Source: an uncultured Chloroflexia bacterium (lineage in GTDB: Bacteria; Chloroflexota; Anaerolineae; Anaerolineales; UBA11858). From it: a stretch of 64,000 bases of DNA. A program made the position numbers and the translations under genes. Below are positions 20,714 to 29,276 of the stretch, piece after piece; within the stretch, counting starts at the first letter, position 1; every line of letters begins with the position of its first letter. The stretch covers positions 26,921-90,920 of the forward strand of contig CAWHCC010000008.1 in the NCBI GenBank assembly GCA_963827805.1, given 5' to 3'. The notes under the pieces are model-generated. The model saw only the letters and a list, made by a program, of their open reading frames with translations, searched no databases and was not told where the DNA came from.

Positions 20714-21790
20714 CTCATCAGAGTCGAGTCAGAGATTCTGGTTGAAGATCAATCTCCCCAGTTGGCGGGTCTAAATCTGGAACTTCGCTCTCTACCGCAG
20801 CAGCGCTGACCACATCAGCCCCATCATCATCGAGCATGCCATAAAGAGTACCCGTGTCCATATCAAATGGCTTTTGAGGTCTGGGTAAATCTTCTGTTTG
20901 AGCTTCTTCTTGAGCCCTCAAATCAGCCAGCCAATCAGGAGGGTCGGAATCTTCAGCGCTCAAAACTGGAGGTTCGCCTTCCGCAGATGGGACATCATCG
21001 GCGCCAAGTCCTGATAACCAATCTGGCAAATCACTTTCTTCAGAGGGTGAAATGCTTTCTGCTTCTTCTGCACCAGCAGAGAGCCAGTCGGGTAAATCCG
21101 CTTCTTCCGCCCCGAGCGCTGGACTTGCTTCATCGGATTGAAGGTAATCTTCGATGGGGATCGTCTCCTGGCCAATATAGCCTGGAGTTTCTTCATGTGA
21201 AGGTGTTTCTTCGTCCCCTCCTTCGGAGAGCCAACCGGGCAAAACATCGCCTGTTCCAGAAGGAATATCGGTCTCATCCCCGCGGTCTGAAGTTAACCAA
21301 TCGGGCAAATCTCCCTCTTCTGATGTGAAAGGTGACTCAGGGGCTGCTGATGACAAATCGCCTAATGGCGCATCATCTTCCTGGGCATCGCTGCCAGAAA
21401 GCCAATCTGGCAAATCGCTGGTTTCATCGATGGGTTTGGGGCTTTCAGCTTCTTCTTCAACTGAGAGCCAAGAGGGGAAATCAGAATCGCTGGATTCTTG
21501 GGCTGTTCCCAAGGATGGCGTGGTTCTTTCCGTTTCCATATCTTCAAGCCAGTCGGGGATACCGTTATTATTGAAGTCCATACGAGAGGCAGCCTCACGT
21601 TCGGAATCTGGGTCGGCTGTTGCTTGAGGAAGAGGAGATTTTTCAGGTTCAGAATCACCGCCAAGCCGGGTCATCCAGTCATCGGTTTCATCTTCAAAGG
21701 GAGCATCGTCATCTGTCTCGCTAAAATCCGCATCAGAATCAAAATCCAGCCAATCCGGCAACTCTGAGCCAGAACTCTGTGTCCTCCGGG
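19393..21790 (-). repeat. Coding tandem array of about 20 short 'acidic linker + D-[LI]-P-x-W-L' motifs spanning two adjacent ORFs
   Basis: Visible in the translations of ORFs 17861..20713 and 20718..21761. Spacing is about 25-40 aa. Confidence 0.6.
20718..21761 (-). CDS. Highly acidic disordered protein with 9 D-[LI]-P-x-W-L repeats; likely the continuation of the upstream zinc-ribbon ORF
   Basis: 347 aa. Repeats are PDWL, IPDWL, FPSWL, DLPDWL (x3), VLPGWL and PPDWL. The ORF begins at a TTG, and the frame upstream reads …SGSELPDWL, which continues the motif. Confidence 0.55.
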   Translation of the reverse strand: MPDWLDFDSDADFSETDDDAPFEDETDDWMTRLGGDSEPEKSPLPQATADPDSEREAASRMDFNNNGIPDWLEDMETERTTPSLGTAQESSDSDFPSWLSVEEEAESPKPIDETSDLPDWLSGSDAQEDDAPLGDLSSAAPESPFTSEEGDLPDWLTSDRGDETDIPSGTGDVLPGWLSEGGDEETPSHEETPGYIGQETIPIEDYLQSDEASPALGAEEADLPDWLSAGAEEAESISPSEESDLPDWLSGLGADDVPSAEGEPPVLSAEDSDPPDWLADLRAQEEAQTEDLPRPQKPFDMDTGTLYGMLDDDGADVVSAAAVESEVPDLDPPTGEIDLQPESLTRL

Positions 21791-21969
21791 ATTACCGGAT
21801 CATCTGAGGGGGTAGAAGCAATGAGAGGTTTTAGACGCGCTTGACAAAACTGGCAAATATCCAGGTTGTTGGGGTTGGGCTTTCCACACATGGGGCAACG
21901 TATTTCAGCCATTGATTTATCCACTGTAAGGGCGATCAGTGCCCATGAGAATCCGAATTCCGGTGGCAA
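21739..21969 (-). CDS. Zinc-ribbon protein (CPMCG…CQFC); probably the N-terminus of the repeat protein, separated from it by a 1-nt indel
   Basis: MAEIRCPMCGKPNPNNLDICQFCQARL. Deleting one T near 21775 fuses …PEDTE to SGSELPDWLDFD…. Confidence 0.45.
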   Translation of the reverse strand: MPPEFGFSWALIALTVDKSMAEIRCPMCGKPNPNNLDICQFCQARLKPLIASTPSDDPVIPEDTEFWLRVAGLAGF

Positions 21970-22582
21970 TAATGCCCAATGCTACACCAAGTAAGACACC
22001 TCGAGAACCACCAACGGTCGGAACTTGCAGGATCCAATCTCGGATTTCAGTCGCCAGACCAAAGCTGGAGGCGAACGCAGGGATTGCGCCGATCAGCAAT
22101 ATCAGAACGACGATGACGAAGATCGCCGACATGAAATTCAGTTTGCGAGCAAAAAGGCGGGTGGCTGCATAAGTGAGGCTGATCGCGATAATAGCCATAA
22201 GACTAGATTCAACAGGCAATTGAATATTCTCAAATATCCACCGCGTATAGCGCAATCCCTGGGCTCCCTGCCAATAAGTCATCACAAGATCATAAGCGCC
22301 AACCAAAAGTGTAAATACAAGGGCAGTCACTGTAATCAGGCTGTAGGCCGCTCCATCTCCCCGGCAAATCTTTTTCACATGCACAGATGTTAAATTGAAT
22401 ACGCCAACTATTACTGCCACGCCCGCAACAATGATTGTCCCTTGAAGAAAATAGTCACGCAAAATGCCAAGGATGGTAGTTCCACCGGATGAGTTTGTAC
22501 CAAAGAAATAACCGAGCAGGACAATCAAGCCCACGCTAATGGCAATTGCTACAGATATTGGGGCTCGAAACTTAAGTTTCAT
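21917..22582 (-). CDS. Integral membrane protein (about 5 TM), unknown function
   Basis: 221 aa, hydrophobic. Overlaps the downstream neighbour by 4 nt (translational coupling). Confidence 0.5.
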   Translation of the reverse strand: MKLKFRAPISVAIAISVGLIVLLGYFFGTNSSGGTTILGILRDYFLQGTIIVAGVAVIVGVFNLTSVHVKKICRGDGAAYSLITVTALVFTLLVGAYDLVMTYWQGAQGLRYTRWIFENIQLPVESSLMAIIAISLTYAATRLFARKLNFMSAIFVIVVLILLIGAIPAFASSFGLATEIRDWILQVPTVGGSRGVLLGVALGIIATGIRILMGTDRPYSG

Positions 22583-23361
22583 AGAAGGCCCCCTAACATA
22601 TCAACGAGGATGGTATCCAGGTCGAGTGCCTTAGCAATCACACCAAGGATGATTATTGCGACGATTGCCCAACGAATAATATCTTGGGCGCGTAGGCTGG
22701 CATCGTGTGTGGGTCCAGCATTGAGATAAGCACCCCCTGCATATAATTCTTCACCAATCAGGGGTTCATGAGCCGTGGCATAAAGCACAGCCTGAGCAGG
22801 AAGACTATCTGTACCGGCGAGGGTCATATTATCACTGCGCTCACCGGCATCCGTAATCAGGGCAACCTCGCTGCCAAAATGTCCCGCCAAAATATTTGCT
22901 CCGGTCTTATCGTCGCTCGCGAGTGACATGGTACCGGCTGCATAAGAGAAAGGTGTTAGACCTGTTACTCTACCGGAGGTGGCATCAAATTGTTCACCCA
23001 AACCGATCCGCTGGTAAGTGCCGCGCAATGTATCTTGTGCCAAAACTCCAAGAGTTCCCTCACCAGCTGTGGCGATGGGCGGATTGTCACCCGTGGATGT
23101 AGAGCCTGCCATCCGTTCGAGTATGCTCAACCCGATAAAAGCTGTGGCACTTTCTGGACCATTAACCCCACCTTGCCCAATACTGATATGCAAGCGCGAT
23201 CCCGCTTCCACAGCAAGACCAATCGCCCGGCGTAACTTGGTAAATGCTGAAATCCTGCGTAAATTCAACTCTGGGCGACTGCGGCCCGAAGCTACAAAAA
23301 TTACGATCAAACCAAAAAATATGAGGATAAAAACAAAACCAAGCAGGCCGGATAGAGTCAC
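22579..23361 (-). CDS. Bitopic membrane protein with a large extracytoplasmic Gly/Ala/Thr-rich domain, unknown function
   Basis: 260 aa. TM helices at the N- and C-termini. Confidence 0.5.
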   Translation of the reverse strand: MTLSGLLGFVFILIFFGLIVIFVASGRSRPELNLRRISAFTKLRRAIGLAVEAGSRLHISIGQGGVNGPESATAFIGLSILERMAGSTSTGDNPPIATAGEGTLGVLAQDTLRGTYQRIGLGEQFDATSGRVTGLTPFSYAAGTMSLASDDKTGANILAGHFGSEVALITDAGERSDNMTLAGTDSLPAQAVLYATAHEPLIGEELYAGGAYLNAGPTHDASLRAQDIIRWAIVAIIILGVIAKALDLDTILVDMLGGLL

Positions 23362-23382
23362 TGTGGTATTCCCTCCAGAGGA

Positions 23383-23661
23383 CTATGCTCCTTCAGATCG
23401 TTCTGGTTGCTGTAAAACAGAGATAAAAGCCTGTAATTTATTTTGATCTTCTAGCAGATCTGCCAGGGCATCCAGTTGACCTTCAGGTAAAAACTGGTTA
23501 AAGAAGGGTTGACCGACATATACAAACTGAGCACCAAATATATTCAGCGGTCCCAAGGCATCCAAGAAAGTTGCAGTGAGATCTTTCACTCCCCAACAAT
23601 TCAAGGTTTTTGCCCAAGTTTGCCAGATATGTGGGTTTTGTTCCACGTGTGTCCGCTCCAA
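23383..23661 (-). CDS. Small cytoplasmic hypothetical protein; first gene of the operon
   Basis: 92 aa, 21 nt upstream of the next ORF. A 295-bp non-coding leader lies upstream. Confidence 0.4.
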   Translation of the reverse strand: MERTHVEQNPHIWQTWAKTLNCWGVKDLTATFLDALGPLNIFGAQFVYVGQPFFNQFLPEGQLDALADLLEDQNKLQAFISVLQQPERSEGA

Positions 23662-23956
23662 AAAAGGGAATCTTTAACTTATTACACAACGAAACAGCGC
23701 TTCAGTTTATTGAGCTTTGCGGCGCTCCGTAAGTATAGCATAATTCCGATTTATACGGTAAGCGATGTCAGGCTCATTGGCGCTGACGAAAAACTTTTTG
23801 AAACTTATGAATAATCAAATAACCTAAATTTACCTAGGCAAAAACCCAGCAGCGCTTCGATTACACTGTTTCTAATCTCAATTTTAGGCAGTGTGGTTCA
23901 TAACCTGCAAGATTCCTGCCAGGAGTTTTGTCTCGCCGAAGTCATTACACTTCTTG

Positions 23957-24742
23957 TTAGATTTTTTTGCATCCGGCTATCAAAATATGATGGTTGACAA
24001 AGGATGCATCAGGGGTGCCCAACTTTTCAACCTGGAGCCATTCTACAACCAGAGGGGGGGCTTCATCGAGCATACGACCCAGTTGCTCAAAAATTTCTAA
24101 CGAGCAACCTTGCCGCTCAGCCCAAGGGATTAACTGATGCCTTTTGAGGATTTCTTCTGTGTGCTTTACCCGAAATCCAGCCTGCTCGAACATTCCCACC
24201 CACTCCGTGTGACTGAAAGCCCGGTGGTGACTAGGGTCACGCAAGCGCTCAAAACTATCCACATATCGGGCAGCAGTCTCATCTTCGGGAAGCACGTGAT
24301 CCTGTACCAGCAGCATTCCGCCGGGTTTTAGCACCCGACTCCCCTCTCGGATGAAACGGGCGCAATCCGGGAAATGATGCGGCGCGATCCGACAGGTGAC
24401 TAAATCGAAAATGGGCTCAACAAATGGCAGATTCTCTCCATCAGCAAGTCTAAACTCAATATTGTTCACACCCTGCTCAATTATGAATATTTCTGCTGCC
24501 GAGAGCATTTTTGGGGTCAGGTCGGTAGCCACTACATTTTTTACAATTGGCGCAAACTTGAGTGCCGTATGTCCACCACCGGTAGCAATATCCAGCACCA
24601 GCCAATCCGCTTCAGGACGAGCAATCTCGACCAACCGATCTAAATCATAGCCCTTGGCATGCGATTGACTGGTTACATAACCATCAGCAAACTGAGCAAA
24701 ACGCTCTTGAGAAAGGGCTTTACTTTCTTTCTCAGACATCAT
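23957..24742 (-). CDS. Class I SAM-dependent methyltransferase
   Basis: Motif I VLDIATGGG, Methyltransf_11-like. Confidence 0.8.
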   Translation of the reverse strand: MMSEKESKALSQERFAQFADGYVTSQSHAKGYDLDRLVEIARPEADWLVLDIATGGGHTALKFAPIVKNVVATDLTPKMLSAAEIFIIEQGVNNIEFRLADGENLPFVEPIFDLVTCRIAPHHFPDCARFIREGSRVLKPGGMLLVQDHVLPEDETAARYVDSFERLRDPSHHRAFSHTEWVGMFEQAGFRVKHTEEILKRHQLIPWAERQGCSLEIFEQLGRMLDEAPPLVVEWLQVEKLGTPDASFVNHHILIAGCKKI

Positions 24743-24753
24743 TTATTTACCTT

Positions 24754-25323
24754 TCACTCTTCCGTCAGCCAATATTCACCGCCACCACCTTCACGCTGCA
24801 TCATCTTATATTCGATGAAACCACGACGAAGTGAAGCTGTATCCTCCGAGTAATTTTTCAAAATTTCGTTGATTTGTTTTTCAGTATAACGTATACCTGG
24901 CTCGAAAGCGTGGAGCACGTACCGCAAAATAGCCTCGAATTTCTTCTGCTGTGCCGGAAACTGCCGGATACGGCCATCAGGATCACAAAAGGTACTGATC
25001 ACCTTTCGGTCGTAGGCATCCATATCAATGTCAGCTGTTACTGCCGGGAAGGTGTCCTTCGCTAATAAGCGCTGCGATAAAGATTCTAATGTTTTGGTTT
25101 CCAATCGATAAACATTATAGTAACTTTGTGAACGGGCGCTGACCAAACCAATCTTCGATAAACGCGTTAAGTGATGAGACACCGTCGAGGGGCGTAATTC
25201 GAGCAGCTCAGCCATTTGCTCCACAGTGTATTCACTTTGTGCCAGCAATCCAACAATTTTTAGGCGGTTGGCATCTGCCAGGGCCTTAAAAAATTCCAAT
25301 AATTCAGCAACTTGCTCTTCCAT
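24754..25323 (-). CDS. ArsR/SmtB-family transcriptional regulator with a C-terminal DUF2087-like domain
   Basis: Winged HTH LADANRLKIVGLL…STVSHHLTRL. Confidence 0.75.
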   Translation of the reverse strand: MEEQVAELLEFFKALADANRLKIVGLLAQSEYTVEQMAELLELRPSTVSHHLTRLSKIGLVSARSQSYYNVYRLETKTLESLSQRLLAKDTFPAVTADIDMDAYDRKVISTFCDPDGRIRQFPAQQKKFEAILRYVLHAFEPGIRYTEKQINEILKNYSEDTASLRRGFIEYKMMQREGGGGEYWLTEE

Positions 25324-25333
25324 GATTTCACAT

Positions 25334-25375
25334 CCTGTAGAATTGATTCGATATACATCGAATCAATTCTACAGG
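25334..25375. promoter_or_regulatory. Perfect 19-bp inverted repeat (spacer atac) immediately upstream of the ArsR-family gene start; candidate operator
   Basis: cctgtagaattgattcgat-atac-atcgaatcaattctacagg. It ends about 10 nt before the ATG, which is read on the minus strand. Confidence 0.45.
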
Positions 25376-25534
25376 CAGCCACTTGGTTCGTCAAGGGTTA
25401 AACAACTCACAAATTCTCTTTCCCTTCTCCACACGTCAACAAATCTCACTTTTTCCTGCTAATATTTTCAGTCATTCTATTACTCCAAGTACAAGCCTCA
25501 ATTTCTTCTGGGATGGAAGATGCCTGATGTAAGG

Positions 25535-25565
25535 AAAAAAGCCTATCACGACTACTTGATAGGCT
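25535..25565 (-). terminator. Intrinsic terminator downstream of slyD
   Basis: On the minus strand: agcctatc-aagtagtcgt-gataggct followed by tttttt. Confidence 0.5.
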
Positions 25566-25592
25566 CTCCACATACATTCAGCAACTTACTTT

Positions 25593-26096
25593 TTAGTGAA
25601 CGTGTCCCTCACTACCGTGGACATGACCGTGCTCAAATTCTTCGACCGAAGGATGGCGCAAACTGACAATCTTAACATCAAAAGTTAGGTCTCGGCCTGC
25701 CAATGGATGGTTAAAATCCAACTTTGCCCGCGATTTTCCCACCGAGATAACCTTAGCAAAAAGCATATTGTCATCTTGATCTTTCATTTCCAGTTCGACC
25801 CCAGGTTCTAGGCAAATCTCTTCGGGGAATTCATCGAGGGGAATATCCACAATCTGCTCAGGGTCGAATTCGCCGTAAGCGTCTTTAGCCGCCACAGTTA
25901 CCTGCAGATTTTCACCTACCGCCAGGCCGCCCAAATGCGATTCCAACCCGGGTATGATATTGCCATAGCCTTGTAAAAACTGGATCGGACCATCTTCTTC
26001 GGACGAATCCACGATTTCACCATCTACTGTTAAAGTATATTCCATGGTCACCACCAAATCATCAGCAACCAGAATGAGTTCATTATTTTCGGTCAT
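25593..26096 (-). CDS. slyD: FKBP-type peptidyl-prolyl cis-trans isomerase SlyD with a His-rich tail
   Basis: An FKBP fold with an IF insert, and the C-terminal HGHVHGSEGHVH metal-binding tail. Confidence 0.85.
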   Translation of the reverse strand: MTENNELILVADDLVVTMEYTLTVDGEIVDSSEEDGPIQFLQGYGNIIPGLESHLGGLAVGENLQVTVAAKDAYGEFDPEQIVDIPLDEFPEEICLEPGVELEMKDQDDNMLFAKVISVGKSRAKLDFNHPLAGRDLTFDVKIVSLRHPSVEEFEHGHVHGSEGHVH

Positions 26097-26229
26097 AAAT
26101 TACCTCGCTGAAGAAATTTTCATTATTTGCAACTCTTGTTCAATTCAAACTGTATTTTAAGCACAGGCAGTATATCACAGCGAGAGTGCTACAATCTTTG
26201 TAGATGGTGAATAATCAAGAGGCGAAATT

Positions 26230-27234
26230 ATGAAAAAACGGATAACTCGTTTAGGTCGGATTCTAATCATCTTTGTTGTTTTCTTGATCGCAACCGCTTG
26301 TAATTTAAGACCCCTTTTATCCCCCACACCAATCCCACGATCTGAATCTGTCCCTACGGAAGCTGTCAAAGTGAGATCAGATCAAGATATCTGGCCGCCT
26401 GTTACGGCACCGGGCTGGAGTCAGCCTGTTCCACTCGATGCGCCGGTCAATACCGCCGGAGGTGAAGACAGCCCCTTCATTACACCCAATGGACAGACGC
26501 TCTACTTCTTTTTCACACCTGATGTGAATATCCCTGCTGAACGTCAAGTCAGTGATGGGGTTACCGGTATCTGGCAAGCTGCCCGCAGCGGCGATCAATG
26601 GCTGGAGCCTCAACGAGTCCTGCTTGCGAAGCCTGATGAACCTCACCTGGATGGCTGTCCCTTTGTAACGGATGATTGGATGGCCTTTTGTTCCGCTCGG
26701 GTAGGCAACCACCGCGAGGTCGATATCTATACAGCAGAATTCCAAAAAGGCAATTGGAGCCATGTGCAGAATTGGGGGGAACCTTTCAATTTGGCATATC
26801 AGGTTGGTGAGTTGCATATTTCTAATGATGGAGATTTATATTTTGGCAGCAATCAACCTGGTAGCCTGGGGGGGTTCGATCTGTGGGTTTCTCATTGGAA
26901 TGGCGAAAGCTGGGAAACTCCCGTTAATTTGGGCGCTGGCATCAACACAGCCAATGATGAGAATCGCCCATTTATCACTGCCGACGGGAGAGAATTATGG
27001 TTTGACGGGACCAGCCAAAAAGGGCATCCAGGGCCGGCAATCTTTCGGTCAACGCGCCAATCTGATGGGACATGGGGGCCGCCAGAGGAGATCATCTCTT
27101 CTTTTGCGGGTGAACCTACGCTGGTTGGCGACGGAAACACGTTATACTTTGTACACCACTATTTCTCCAAAGATCTCAGCAAAATGATCGAAGTTGATAT
27201 CTATGTCTCAACCCGTTTGGGAACTAGCGAATAG
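26230..27234 (+). CDS. Putative lipoprotein with PD40/TolB-like beta-propeller repeats
   Basis: A signal peptide with lipobox-like IATAC, and repeated PFIT(P/A)(N/D)G…LYF motifs. Confidence 0.6.
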   Translation: MKKRITRLGRILIIFVVFLIATACNLRPLLSPTPIPRSESVPTEAVKVRSDQDIWPPVTAPGWSQPVPLDAPVNTAGGEDSPFITPNGQTLYFFFTPDVNIPAERQVSDGVTGIWQAARSGDQWLEPQRVLLAKPDEPHLDGCPFVTDDWMAFCSARVGNHREVDIYTAEFQKGNWSHVQNWGEPFNLAYQVGELHISNDGDLYFGSNQPGSLGGFDLWVSHWNGESWETPVNLGAGINTANDENRPFITADGRELWFDGTSQKGHPGPAIFRSTRQSDGTWGPPEEIISSFAGEPTLVGDGNTLYFVHHYFSKDLSKMIEVDIYVSTRLGTSE

Positions 27235-27242
27235 GAGGCAAA

Positions 27243-28172
27243 ATGGATCCTACCGTAATCCAATGGCTTTTAGATGGTGACCCTTCAGTGGCATGGCAGG
27301 TGCAGCGAGATTTGTTGGATAAACCTGCCAGCGTCTTCGAATTGACACAAGCGCGTGTGGCTACCGAGGGGTGGGGTGCAAAATTTATAGGATTCCAAGA
27401 CCCCGAGGGAACCTGGGCACAGAGACTCTACAGCCCAAAATGGATATCTACCACCTATACCATGCAGACCCTGCGGCGGTTGGGGCTGCCACCTGACAAT
27501 CCCCACGCTCAAAAGGGATGTCAACAGTTACTTGACAGGGGCTTCATGCCGGATAACGGGATCAATTACATCCGTAATCCTAAAATTAAGCACAGCGAAA
27601 CCTGCATCACCGGGATGGTGCTTTCGCTACTCGCGTATTTCCGCTATCCAGATGAGCGATTGCACCGAGTTGCAGGGCACTTACTCGCGCAGCAAATGGA
27701 CGATGGCGGTTGGAATTGCGAATCCTATAACGGAGCTACCCACAGTTCGTTCCACACCACCATTTCTGTTTTGGAAGGTTTGTGGGAATATGAGAAAACT
27801 TTTGGAGAGAATGCTGATATCACTGCCGCCCGGTCGAAAGCGCATGACTTCCTGTGGCTGCACCGTTTGTACCGATCTCACCGCACAGGCGAAATCGTTG
27901 ATCGAAAACTGATGAAGCTCACCTTTCCCCCGCGTTGGCGCTTTGATTTGATGCGAGTGCTAGATTATTTTCAGGACTGCAAGGCTCCCCGAGACGAACG
28001 GCTTGCTGAGGGAGTCGAGTTGCTACGTTCCAAACAGCGCAAAGACGGCACCTGGCCATTAAATTCCGGCATGAGCGGGCGTTTCTTCTTTCTTATGGAA
28101 AAAGCCGGCCAACCCAGCCGTATGAACACACTCCGAGCCCTGCGGGTGTTGCGCTGGTGGGAAGTATACTAA
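27243..28172 (+). CDS. Prenyltransferase/squalene-cyclase-repeat (alpha/alpha-toroid) protein
   Basis: Repeated DGGW/DGTW motifs: QMDDGGWNCE and RKDGTWPL. Confidence 0.5.
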   Translation: MDPTVIQWLLDGDPSVAWQVQRDLLDKPASVFELTQARVATEGWGAKFIGFQDPEGTWAQRLYSPKWISTTYTMQTLRRLGLPPDNPHAQKGCQQLLDRGFMPDNGINYIRNPKIKHSETCITGMVLSLLAYFRYPDERLHRVAGHLLAQQMDDGGWNCESYNGATHSSFHTTISVLEGLWEYEKTFGENADITAARSKAHDFLWLHRLYRSHRTGEIVDRKLMKLTFPPRWRFDLMRVLDYFQDCKAPRDERLAEGVELLRSKQRKDGTWPLNSGMSGRFFFLMEKAGQPSRMNTLRALRVLRWWEVY

Positions 28173-28509
28173 GGTAGCACAAATCCATGACCTTAGGTTG
28201 GCAATATCAAAACACACCATTATTTTTTTGTGCGCAGCAATTCAGGTAAAATACTTAGTGAATGTATCCACAAGTCCCCCAGAATCGACGAGAGCCGGGT
28301 TCGCCATACCCGGCTCTCTCTAAGGAGGAGAAGAAGAGAAATCGCCCTTCATGCCATAATATTACACCGACTTAGTCCGATTTACTTGACGATTACCCTA
28401 CGTTAACCCTACGAAACCCCAACAATTTTGAAAGCAAACTAAATTATGCTATGAATATTGAAATCGTAAATTTAACAGCCACTTTACGTAAAGTTTGGAG
28501 AGTTGAACC

Positions 28510-29265
28510 ATGACTTTTGCAATCACGCGTCGCCACCTTCCCAAAGATGATCACGATCAACTCGACCACCATCACAATAGAGACCCCCACCGATATACAT
28601 CCACTTTAGCAGATGTAATTTTAGGCGGGCAAGATGGGCTCGTCAATGTGCTCGGGATTGTACTTGGTATTGCCGCTGCCACCAGCGCCCCTCGCATTGT
28701 TTTGGTTGCTGGTATAGCAGCCACCTTCGCCGAATCCATATCGATGGCCGCAGTAGCCTACACCTCCACTTTAGCAGAAACCGCCCACTACGAAAGTGAA
28801 CGAGAGCGCGAGTATCGTCATGTTCGAATGGTGCCTGCTGTGGAGCGCGAAGAAATCCGTGAAATTTACCGCCAAAAAGGCTTTGAGGGTGAATTACTTG
28901 ATCAGATTGTCGAGAAAATCACAGCGGATGAGGATGTTTGGGTAGGTGTGATGATGGCCGAAGAACACCAATTGACTCCTACCAACCGGAAAGATGCCTT
29001 AAAATCGGCTATCATTGTTGGGATTGCTGCTGTGGTTGGTTCCATAATTCCATTAATCCCTTTTCCCTTTTTGGATGTAAAAACCAGTATTTGGGTTTCA
29101 TTGCTCATCTCCTCGGTAACATTATTCCTTGTGGGTGTGTACAAAGCCCGCACAACCGTAGGCCATCCCGGAAAAAGTGGGTTCGAGATGGCCGTGATCG
29201 GCATCGTAAGCGCTTTAGTAGGGTATTTGGTCGGCCTGATCCTAAAAGTTCCGGCTGCCCCTTAA
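28510..29265 (+). CDS. VIT1/CCC1-family Fe/Mn transporter
   Basis: An N-terminal His-rich region and the VIT-family motif LGGQDGLVNVLGIVLG, followed by TM helices. Confidence 0.8.
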   Translation: MTFAITRRHLPKDDHDQLDHHHNRDPHRYTSTLADVILGGQDGLVNVLGIVLGIAAATSAPRIVLVAGIAATFAESISMAAVAYTSTLAETAHYESEREREYRHVRMVPAVEREEIREIYRQKGFEGELLDQIVEKITADEDVWVGVMMAEEHQLTPTNRKDALKSAIIVGIAAVVGSIIPLIPFPFLDVKTSIWVSLLISSVTLFLVGVYKARTTVGHPGKSGFEMAVIGIVSALVGYLVGLILKVPAAP

Positions 29266-29276
29266 TCGGAGTTTAT

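Noticed and set aside
28290-28318. A hairpin considered as a tRNA or terminator
   Set aside because: An 11-bp perfect stem with a 7-nt loop is not tRNA-like, since there is no cloverleaf and no GTTCRANYC. It has no U-tract, so it is not a canonical terminator. It is kept only as a possible regulatory structure.
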